Source: Acidimicrobiia bacterium (GTDB lineage Bacteria > Actinomycetota > Acidimicrobiia > Spongiisociales > UBA11373). From it: a DNA stretch of 64,000 bases. How positions within the stretch are numbered: the stretch's first letter is position 1; each line of letters opens with the position of its first letter. Location of the stretch: assembly GCA_040878325.1 (NCBI GenBank), contig JBBDMM010000010.1:1-64000 (forward strand). Reading direction: 5' to 3'. The notes beneath the pieces are model-generated. The model was not told the DNA's origin. It saw only the letters and a list, made by a program, of their open reading frames with translations, and searched no databases. This document shows, in pieces, positions 57,036 to 64,000 of this stretch. The translations under genes were made by a program, and so were the position numbers.

Positions 57036-57763
57036 GCCTTCCGCTCCTTGATCTGTGCAGTCGTCCCGAGGTGAATCGCCGTGACGGATTGGCCTCAGCA
57101 GTCGCTGGAGTCGACGTAGATGAGCTGGCGGCGGCATACAGGGACACGGTGTCGCTGGCTCCCCGGAGGAGGGCGCCGTATCTGGTGGCGACACACGACG
57201 GAGCGGGTGGAGCGTCCAATTTCAAGAGCGAGAAGGTGCTGGCCAAGGCGATCTTCAATGCGGACCGACCACTCCAGGTCGGGGATCGCCATGTACAGAT
57301 CATCGATTACGAGGTGCCGCTGAGAGACGTCCGCGCCGACGCCGGAGTCGGGGAGATCGACCTTCTCGGGGTGGAGGTCCAGGAACCCCGTCTCTGGATC
57401 ATTGAACTCAAAGTGCACCCGAACTCTGACACTCCCCTTAAGGCACTGCTTCAGGCGCTCCGCTACAGCGCCATCCTCGAGGCGAACAGCGACAAGATCG
57501 CCTCAGAAGTCTTTGAGCGCCGGGGTGTCCGAGTCGAGTGGCCCGCGTCGATCGCCGTTGCCGCCGACGGTTCGTACTGGACGAGGTTGGCTGACACGGT
57601 CCCGGCCGGCGAGTCGTTGGTGGCACTACGCAGGCTTTCCATGCAGGTGACCAAACGGCTCTCGATCCCGATTCATCTGGTCGATCTGGGGAACCTGGTG
57701 GCCGAGATGGGCGCGAATCAACGAGTGCTGCTCCGAGACCCGCTCACCGTGGAGACGCTTTGA
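57032..57763 (+). CDS. PD-(D/E)xK nuclease-like protein
   Basis: YEVPL..IDLLG..IIELK..QALRY; ATGA overlap. Confidence 0.75.
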   Translation: MSLPLLDLCSRPEVNRRDGLASAVAGVDVDELAAAYRDTVSLAPRRRAPYLVATHDGAGGASNFKSEKVLAKAIFNADRPLQVGDRHVQIIDYEVPLRDVRADAGVGEIDLLGVEVQEPRLWIIELKVHPNSDTPLKALLQALRYSAILEANSDKIASEVFERRGVRVEWPASIAVAADGSYWTRLADTVPAGESLVALRRLSMQVTKRLSIPIHLVDLGNLVAEMGANQRVLLRDPLTVETL

Positions 57764-57816
57764 GTCCTCGGAGGGGCGGCGGAGCGCACCTCCCTGGATT
57801 CTGGGATTCCGGAACG

Positions 57817-57838
57817 TGTCGCATCGAGGACGTATCTT
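57817..57838 (+). promoter_or_regulatory. RecA-NDp/PafBC-like DNA-damage promoter motif
   Basis: TGTCGC-N10-TATCTT upstream of the RecQ-like gene. Confidence 0.55.
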
Positions 57839-57871
57839 CGAAGGGATGACTCGAACGCGAACGCCTCCAGG

Positions 57872-59920
57872 ATGACCTACGACCGAGCCCTTGAGCTGCT
57901 CCGGTCTGCGACCGGGTCGAATGTGGCCGAGTTTCGTGGCGGGCAGTGGGAATCGATCGAAGCGGTGGTTGTCGGGCGGCGCCGGGTCTTGGTCGTCCAG
58001 CGCACGGGGTGGGGCAAGTCGGCGGTGTACTTCGTTGCGACTCGTCTGCTGCGTGAGGCGGGCATGGGACCAACCGTCGTGGTGTCGCCGCTTCTCGCAC
58101 TGATGCGGAATCAGATCGAAATGGCCGCGCGGCTCGGTCTTTCGGCTAAGACGGTCAACTCGACGAATCGAGACGACTGGGACGCGATCTTTGTCGAGAT
58201 CGCCGAAGGCCGCGTCGACGTCCTCTTCATCTCCCCGGAGAGGCTGAACAACCCGGAGTTCCGCTCGGAAGTGTTGCCCGATCTCCTGAAGTCCCTTGGT
58301 CTCCTTGTGGTCGATGAGGTCCACTGCATCTCGGACTGGGGCCACGACTTCCGGCCCGACTACCGCCGGTTGGCCAATGTCGTGGCCCTGTTGCCCCCGG
58401 GGGTGGCGGTGCTCGGCACCACCGCGACGGCGAACGATCGGGTGGTGTCGGATGTTCGGGAGCAGCTGGGCGAGAACCTGATGGTGGTGCGAGGGCCGCT
58501 CGACCGAACCAGCCTGCGGCTGCAAATTGTCGGGCTTGAGTCACCGGCCGACCGGCTCGCCTGGCTCGCCGGCACCATTCCAGGCCTTGCAGGCTCGGGA
58601 ATCGTCTACACGCTGACGATCAAAGGTGCCCAGCGGGTCGCCCGCTGGCTTCGGTCCCAGGGGGTCGACGCGGTTGCCTATTCGAGCGAGACCCCTGACG
58701 AGGAGCGGATCGACATCGAGCGACGGCTCAGCGATGGCTCGCTGAAGGTGGTCGTGGCCACCTCGGCACTTGGGATGGGTTACGACAACCCCTTCATCCA
58801 GTTCGTCATCCACTACCAGTCGCCGGGCTCACCGGTGGCGTACTACCAGCAGGTCGGCCGCGCCGGGAGGGCGGTCGACTCGGCCATCGGCATCCTCATG
58901 ACGGGATCAGAAGACGCCGACATCCAGGACTACTTCATCCGCACTGCGTTCCCCACGGAGGAGCATGTCGCGGAGATCCTGGGGGCTCTCGATGGTGCAG
59001 ATGGCCTTACGGTGCGGCAGCTCGAGCAAGTCAACATCCCGGCGGCCCGCCTCGCCGGTGCTCTCAAGGTGCTCGAGGTGGAGGGGGCGGTGTACCGCGA
59101 AGGTTCGCGGTGGTACCGATCGGCCGAGCGGTACCAGTACCCCAGGGAGCGCGTTGCGGCCGTGACAGCCCAACGTCGTGCCGAACAGGCGATCATGCGC
59201 GAGATCATCGAAGGGGATGGATGCATCCTGCATCAACTGCGTCTCAGCCTCGACGATGACTCGAGCGCGCCATGCGGGCGGTGCAGCAACTGCGTCGGCG
59301 AAGTTCTCCCTGTCGCAGTTCCCGGTGGCCTCGCGCAGGCGGCGGTCGACTTCATTCGGGGGGAGTCCACCACCATCGAACCTCGTAAGCGGTGGCCGTT
59401 CCCGATCAACGGAACCACCACGATCGGGCGTCCCTTTGCCGAGGGGCGGGCGTTGACGCGGTGGGGGGACCCTGGGTTGGCCGCCCTGGTGGAGCGGGGC
59501 AAGTACCGCGACGGTTCCTTCTCTGACGACCTCGTGATCGCGGCGGTGGAATCCATTCGCCGGTGGTCGCCGCGCCCGGCCCCAGAATGGGTGACCTCGG
59601 TGCCCGGTCTTGCTTCAGGTGATCTGGTCGGCGACTTCGCGGTTCGTTTGGCCGATCGCCTCCGTCTGCCATACCTCCCGGCCGTGAGAAAGTTGAGGGT
59701 GAATCGGCCGCAGAAGACCATGGAGAACTCGACCCGGCAGGTCAAGAACCTACTGGGGGTGTTCGAAGTGGTGTCGCCCTGTGCTGGGCCGGTTCTCCTG
59801 GTGGACGACATGGTGGATTCACGGTGGACCCTGACCGTTGTCGGCGATCTTCTCGGGAGGAGCGGGGTAAGTCACGTGTACCCTCTCGCGCTCGCGGACA
59901 CATCACGGGGAAGCGGATGA
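57872..59920 (+). CDS. recQ: RecQ-family helicase with C-terminal ComF-like phosphoribosyltransferase domain
   Basis: TGWGKS, DEVH, SDWGHDFRPDY, TATA, YYQQVGRAGR, CGRCSNC; VLLVDDMVDS PRPP-loop. Confidence 0.9.
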   Translation: MTYDRALELLRSATGSNVAEFRGGQWESIEAVVVGRRRVLVVQRTGWGKSAVYFVATRLLREAGMGPTVVVSPLLALMRNQIEMAARLGLSAKTVNSTNRDDWDAIFVEIAEGRVDVLFISPERLNNPEFRSEVLPDLLKSLGLLVVDEVHCISDWGHDFRPDYRRLANVVALLPPGVAVLGTTATANDRVVSDVREQLGENLMVVRGPLDRTSLRLQIVGLESPADRLAWLAGTIPGLAGSGIVYTLTIKGAQRVARWLRSQGVDAVAYSSETPDEERIDIERRLSDGSLKVVVATSALGMGYDNPFIQFVIHYQSPGSPVAYYQQVGRAGRAVDSAIGILMTGSEDADIQDYFIRTAFPTEEHVAEILGALDGADGLTVRQLEQVNIPAARLAGALKVLEVEGAVYREGSRWYRSAERYQYPRERVAAVTAQRRAEQAIMREIIEGDGCILHQLRLSLDDDSSAPCGRCSNCVGEVLPVAVPGGLAQAAVDFIRGESTTIEPRKRWPFPINGTTTIGRPFAEGRALTRWGDPGLAALVERGKYRDGSFSDDLVIAAVESIRRWSPRPAPEWVTSVPGLASGDLVGDFAVRLADRLRLPYLPAVRKLRVNRPQKTMENSTRQVKNLLGVFEVVSPCAGPVLLVDDMVDSRWTLTVVGDLLGRSGVSHVYPLALADTSRGSG

Positions 59921-60855
59921 AGCTGTCAGACGACGCCAAGGCCGTGCTCGTGCTGACCACTCGCCTCGGCGACCCGCAGCGCCCCGCTCTTCCCCCTGGC
60001 CAGTGGCACTCCTTCTCGCAGGCTCTCGGCGACTCTGGCCTCAGGCCATGCGATGTGTTCTCGCCCGACGCTCTCGAACGCATGGGACTCGACCCGGAGC
60101 GGAGGGCGCGGATCGATACCCTCGTCGCCGACGCCGCCCACGTGATGGTGGACCTCGAGTCGGTGAGTGCCCGTGGCATCTGGGCGATCACCGCGGCGGA
60201 TGAGGATTACCCAGAGCGGCTCAGAACCCTGGACTCCCTGGCACCACCGGTTATTTTCGGGGTCGGTGACCACCACCTCCTCGGTCGGCGGGGGGTGGGG
60301 ATTGTCGGGTCGCGTGACGTGGGGCCCGACGGGGTGGACGTGGCCCGGGAGGTTGCTACCGCCGCGGCCGAAGAAAGCCTGACAGTTCTGTCGGGGGCGG
60401 CACGCGGCGTCGATCAGCAGGCGATGGCAGCGGCGTATCAGGCGGGCGGGTCAGTAATAGGCGTCCTCGCCGACAGCCTGGAACGGCAGATCAAGACCGC
60501 CGATGTGCGGTCCTCGCTCGACGCAGGCACCACATGCTTGGTCACCCAGCAGCATCCCAAGACTGGCTTCACTCCGGCGGCGGCGATGGCCCGCAACAAA
60601 CTGGTCTACGCGATGGCATCAGCGACGTTCGTGGTGGCATCGGGCCTGAAGGGTGGGACCTGGGAGGGGGCGACGGAAGCGCTGCGAAGAGGCTTCGGGC
60701 GCGTGGCGGTCTGGCGCGGCCCAGGCCAGGGGCCGGGGAACGCGGAACTCGAGAAACTCGGTGCCCGCTCGGTCGACAAGGTTGCCGACCTGTTCGAATA
60801 CGTCGCGGAGGAACGGCTGCCAGAGCATGAGCAACTCACGATCGAGCTGAGTTAG
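59917..60855 (+). CDS. dprA: DprA/SMF-family protein
   Basis: DEDYP, IVGSR, SGAARGVD, MARNKLVY, GGTWEGA; ATGA-coupled to the helicase. Confidence 0.88.
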   Translation: MKLSDDAKAVLVLTTRLGDPQRPALPPGQWHSFSQALGDSGLRPCDVFSPDALERMGLDPERRARIDTLVADAAHVMVDLESVSARGIWAITAADEDYPERLRTLDSLAPPVIFGVGDHHLLGRRGVGIVGSRDVGPDGVDVAREVATAAAEESLTVLSGAARGVDQQAMAAAYQAGGSVIGVLADSLERQIKTADVRSSLDAGTTCLVTQQHPKTGFTPAAAMARNKLVYAMASATFVVASGLKGGTWEGATEALRRGFGRVAVWRGPGQGPGNAELEKLGARSVDKVADLFEYVAEERLPEHEQLTIELS

Positions 60856-60867
60856 CCGGGGTCGGGG

Positions 60868-60948
60868 CTAGGACTCGCGCGGAGCCAACCGTCGCGCCAA
60901 TGCCAACAGCACCGCCTTGTCCTCGGCGGCGTACTCGCTATCAGCCAC
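60868..60948 (-). pseudogene. Possible N-terminal stub of the cognate AbiEii-type toxin
   Basis: 26-aa ORF MADSEYAAEDKAVLLALARRLAPRES overlapping the antitoxin stop. Confidence 0.35.
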
Positions 60949-62035
60949 GCCAGGCATCCTCGTTCTCCGTCATCCAAGCGAGCAGTTCCTCAGCCTCTGC
61001 GGGTCCACGTCCGGGTGCGAGGTCAACGAACAGTTGAGTCAACGCAACCTGCACCAACCCTCCTTCGCGGCGCGTCCTCGCGAAGATGACCTGATCGAAT
61101 GGCTCGAGCAGGATCACGTTTGCCCCACGGTCGGCGGGTCGGATATCGAGGACTCCAGCGAGGCTGGGGAGATTTGAGCTGTACACGAGGGCAAGTCGCG
61201 GGGGAGCGACTCTGAGGCCTTGCGGCAACGCATAGGTGCCAGACAGGGCGTACTCCTGCGCACTGGACGTCTGAAGGTCGCGGATGACTGCATCAAGCCC
61301 ACGAGGTGCGATGTACTCCGCCGCCCGGTTCGATCCGAGCAGCGAGTAGTCCTGCGTCCATCGTCTGAGGGTGCCGATCCAGTCGACGAACGCAATCGAG
61401 CCATCCCGGTCACGTTCGAGGAGCTCCTCATTCTCCAGCAGCCCCGCAACCCGGGACAGGGTCGCGGGTGCTACGTCCGCTCGTTCCGCTAGCTCACGGA
61501 GCCCGGTGGGCGCCTTGAAGTCCACGAGTGCGCGCAGCGCGGCTCCGGTTGCCCGACCCCGGAGGCTCTTTAGGGTCGAGTTCCCTGGGTTGGGGTTTCG
61601 GTCCGCACCCTGGGTCTCGATGAAGACAGCGGGCCTGGCGCTGGTTAGCCAGAGGTTTCCGGTCAGATCAGCGTATCCGATGCCGCGTTCCCGGAGCTTG
61701 GCGCGTGCAGTAGGAGAGATGTACGGAGAAGCCAACAGCCCGATCGCGGAGGTGCCCGTGCCCTGGTCGATTGACGATACATACCGGGATAGTTGCTGGG
61801 CTGCATTGGCCAGGTCGCGTGTCGTGCTCGTGGTCTTGGCCTCGATGACGAGAGTGACTGATGTGCCGTCGGGTGCTTCGAGCGTGAGCATCATGTCGGG
61901 CCGTAGTTGAGGGGGCAGGCGGCTATTCGGGGTTTCGCGGTAAGACCATGTGGCAGGCAGGCGCTCTTTGAGCGATTGCACCACTTCAGCGAGGAGTTCG
62001 CTCTCGGGTCGATCCGCGGTAGTTCGATTGATCAT
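60941..62035 (-). CDS. AbiEi-like type IV TA antitoxin / transcriptional regulator
   Basis: PD..IEAK N-domain, YADLTGN, wHTH GLRELAERADV, GANVILL, QLFVDL..GRG.AEAE. Confidence 0.8.
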   Translation of the reverse strand: MINRTTADRPESELLAEVVQSLKERLPATWSYRETPNSRLPPQLRPDMMLTLEAPDGTSVTLVIEAKTTSTTRDLANAAQQLSRYVSSIDQGTGTSAIGLLASPYISPTARAKLRERGIGYADLTGNLWLTSARPAVFIETQGADRNPNPGNSTLKSLRGRATGAALRALVDFKAPTGLRELAERADVAPATLSRVAGLLENEELLERDRDGSIAFVDWIGTLRRWTQDYSLLGSNRAAEYIAPRGLDAVIRDLQTSSAQEYALSGTYALPQGLRVAPPRLALVYSSNLPSLAGVLDIRPADRGANVILLEPFDQVIFARTRREGGLVQVALTQLFVDLAPGRGPAEAEELLAWMTENEDAWRG

Positions 62036-62040
62036 GGTGG

Positions 62041-62095
62041 TGTTTCAGTTATCGTCTTGTTTCGTGAGATCTGAAACAATATCATTTCTGAAACA
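62041..62095. promoter_or_regulatory. Inverted-repeat operator of the AbiEi-like gene
   Basis: TGTTTC at 62041 and 62058; CTGAAACA at 62071 and 62088 (17-bp spacing in both halves). Confidence 0.7.
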
Positions 62096-62119
62096 GATGG
62101 TCAACGAGAGGGCCTCGCC

Positions 62120-62279
62120 GCCATGGCGCGCAGCACGCCCTTCTGACTACTTCAAGCTGTACTGCCCGTGCCCGGAGAAGCACTTCAAGACGGTACACTT
62201 GACGCCGTCCGGCGCTAACTACGCCAAGAACCTTCGCAAGTGGTTAGAGCGACAGTCATGTTGGGAGGGTGACTTCTGA
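62120..62279 (+). pseudogene. 5'-truncated HicA-like small protein
   Basis: WR..DYFKLYCPC..H.KTVHLTPS..NY.KNL; no clear start or RBS; TGATG-coupled to the next gene. Confidence 0.45.
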
Positions 62280-62614
62280 TGCGGATTTCCGTCAGCACGC
62301 TGTTCCATGTCTCCGGACGCGACGACGAGTTGGAATCCCATCTTGATGACGTCATGGAGCGACTACTTGAGATAGGGGTCCTTGATCCCTCTATCGGAGG
62401 CTCCCTGGCGTCTGGCCAGGTCGAGGTGTCGGTGGATGTCGAGGCGAAGAACATCCGACGGACGCTGCGTGCCGCCTTCGACATCGTCCTCCGGGCGATC
62501 ACCGCAGCCGGTGGCACGGTGATCGACTCGCTGGGGGAGCCGATCCAGTCCCATCGGACGGATGCCACCAACGCGCCGAGCTGGGACCGCAAGAGCCTTA
62601 GCGTTGCGGCCTAG
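62279..62614 (+). CDS. HicB-like / small alpha-beta hypothetical protein
   Basis: Natural composition; coupled to the HicA-like remnant. Confidence 0.55.
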   Translation: MRISVSTLFHVSGRDDELESHLDDVMERLLEIGVLDPSIGGSLASGQVEVSVDVEAKNIRRTLRAAFDIVLRAITAAGGTVIDSLGEPIQSHRTDATNAPSWDRKSLSVAA

Positions 62615-62630
62615 TCATTGGCTCGATGCC

Positions 62631-62942
62631 ATGAAGAAGTGGGATGAGCTGACCAGTGACCGTCGTGCCGCTCCTGGCTATCGGGAGCGGGTCGACGCCG
62701 AGAAGCGCAAGGCGCTCGGGGAGCTGCATGAGTTCAACCTCGCCGGGCTGCGGCGCATTCTCGACTTCACCTAGGAGGAGCTCGCCGGGCGCATGGGCAC
62801 CGACCAGTCGCGGATCTCGCGGGTCGAGAACGAGGCCGACATGCGACTGTCCACCCTCCGGGCCTATGTCGAGGCCCTCGGCGGACAGATCAGGATCCTC
62901 GCCGAGATCCCCGGCCAGGAGGCGTTTTCGCTTTCGGTGTGA
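62631..62942 (+). pseudogene. XRE/HigA-like HTH antitoxin with in-frame TAG at 62772
   Basis: LAGLRR..FT*EELAGRMGTDQSRISRVE..DMRLSTLRAYVEALGG; TAG sits where the conserved Q (CAG) is expected. Confidence 0.85.
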
Positions 62943-63035
62943 TGCCCCTGCCCGATCGGCACGGTTTGGAGCCCGAATGGTTAGTCCGCCCGGCTCAGAA
63001 GGGTATTGACACGTGAAGAGAAGATGGAGAGGCTG

Positions 63036-63269
63036 CTACCCGGGCCGCTTCACATAGGCTCCGGGATCCTCGCGTTGCTTCTTGATCGACTCCATGAGGT
63101 CTTCGTTCCTGAGAAGGGCCGCCTCGGCTTCGGTCATCACCACTGCCGGCTTCAGGGTGATGGTGCCATCGGGTGCGACGGTTGCCAGGTAGCGCCGGTG
63201 ACTCGCAATCTTCCCCAGGCTGGCGCGGAGCCGCTGGTCGAGTTCTACCAACAGTGGGTCGGGTGACAT
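63036..63269 (-). CDS. AbrB/MazE-like swapped-hairpin antitoxin
   Basis: ELDQRLRASLGK..Y..DGTITLKP..E..L..N pattern. Confidence 0.6.
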   Translation of the reverse strand: MSPDPLLVELDQRLRASLGKIASHRRYLATVAPDGTITLKPAVVMTEAEAALLRNEDLMESIKKQREDPGAYVKRPG

Positions 63270-63349
63270 CGGTGTCACCCTACTTCTTTGGGGCCAATGC
63301 GGCAAGAGGGTATCGGGGTAATGGGGCACGATGAGGGTGAGGGTGATCT

Positions 63350-63610
63350 ATGGCCGAGGTGTGGTTGAGCCCGGGGATCGCCCTCCCGCAGTACGAGAGC
63401 CTCCGGGGCGACGCCCGAATGCGCCGCGTGCTGGGCCGGGTCGATGGGATCCTCGACGCTCTCGAGAGAGACCCTGGCCAAGCTTGGCTGAGAGCGCACC
63501 GGTTTCGTGACCCGCCGCTCTGGTGCGTCACGTTCGACGCCGGCGGTGAATCGTGGGCGATCCTGTGGTCGATGGGCGAGGATGGCAAGGTGCTCGTGGA
63601 CTTCCTCTAG
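63350..63610 (+). CDS. Small RelE/ParE-like protein
   Basis: GAGGG RBS; two helices, LERDPG, beta-strands WCVTF/WAILW/VLVDFL. Confidence 0.5.
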   Translation: MAEVWLSPGIALPQYESLRGDARMRRVLGRVDGILDALERDPGQAWLRAHRFRDPPLWCVTFDAGGESWAILWSMGEDGKVLVDFL

Positions 63611-63777
63611 GGTCGGCGAGGTTCGCCTGAGCGGTCTGGGTGGAGAGGCGCGATCGAAGCACGGCGGATGCGCTAGTGACATCACGGCATCGCGATGGCG
63701 CTTGTGAGTCCAACTTGAGGTCCCTTCGTGTCACACCCAGGTGACACCTTGATCACCCGTCGAATCAGGTGGTTCTC

Positions 63778-64000
63778 GTGTCTGTAACCGATCCACAACT
63801 CCGATCGCTGTATGCTCGGCTTGAGGAGGTCCTCGGCCCCGATCACGCCGAAACGCTCATGACCCATCTTCCTCCGAGGCACGAACTCGCCACCAAGGGT
63901 GATCTTCAGGAACAGATAGGTCTGGTGCGCTCGGATCTTCAGGAACAGATAGGTCTGGTGCGCTCTGATCTTCAGGAACAGATAGGTCTGGTGCGCTCGG
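63778..64000 (+). CDS. Coiled-coil repeat protein (partial), paralog of 35163-35561
   Basis: MSVTDPQLRSLYARLEEVLGPDHAETLMTHLP..ELATKG then (DLQEQIGLVRS)n; runs off the window. Confidence 0.8.
   Translation, partial: MSVTDPQLRSLYARLEEVLGPDHAETLMTHLPPRHELATKGDLQEQIGLVRSDLQEQIGLVRSDLQEQIGLVRS
63901..64000 (+). repeat. 33-bp coding tandem repeat (11-aa hendecad)
   Basis: GATCTTCAGGAACAGATAGGTCTGGTGCGCTC(G/T) x3, no spacers. Confidence 0.9.

Noticed and set aside
63901..64000. 33-bp repeats as a CRISPR array
   Set aside because: Units are contiguous with no spacers and are in frame within a coiled-coil ORF; no cas genes
1..64000. tRNA, rRNA, integrase or transposase genes
   Set aside because: None recognised by eye in the intergenic regions or the ORF track

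Overview
A 64-kb high-GC scaffold segment. Its gene content looks like Actinomycetota, probably Acidimicrobiia (inference), and there is one 100-N assembly gap at 26682-26781. Bases 1-37.5 kb are mostly host housekeeping genes: an F420-dependent LLM oxidoreductase, a trypsin-RTX protease, an ABC-F ATPase, ArsR with a divergent 26-aa Cys-rich micropeptide, a DosRS-like stress cluster (GNAT/acyl-CoA synthetase fusion, ppdK, GAF kinase, response regulator, USP, CBS-BON), a menaquinone cluster (menF/D/A/B/E plus a hydrolase), ftcD-lysA, a FIST protein with its kinase, and a Phd-RelE pair. This part carries REP-like GC palindromes and 7-bp tandem repeats, two of which sit in frame inside genes. Bases 37.5-45.6 kb are accessory genes (secreted proteins and two class III nucleotide cyclases) bracketed by duplicated pieces of a Rossmann-fold gene. 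From about 45.6 kb to the end is a defence-type island. It holds (i) a translationally coupled five-gene operon I cannot match to a named system (BECR/RelE-like small protein, winged-helix protein, STAND/AAA+ ATPase, PD-(D/E)xK nuclease, tandem HARE-HTH protein), (ii) an operon of GHKL/MORC-like ATPase, unknown protein, DUF6339-like protein, C5 DNA methyltransferase and Vsr, (iii) a pair of PD-(D/E)xK nucleases, (iv) RecQ-PRTase plus DprA, and (v) decaying toxin-antitoxin modules. All family assignments come from motif recognition by eye; no searches were run.
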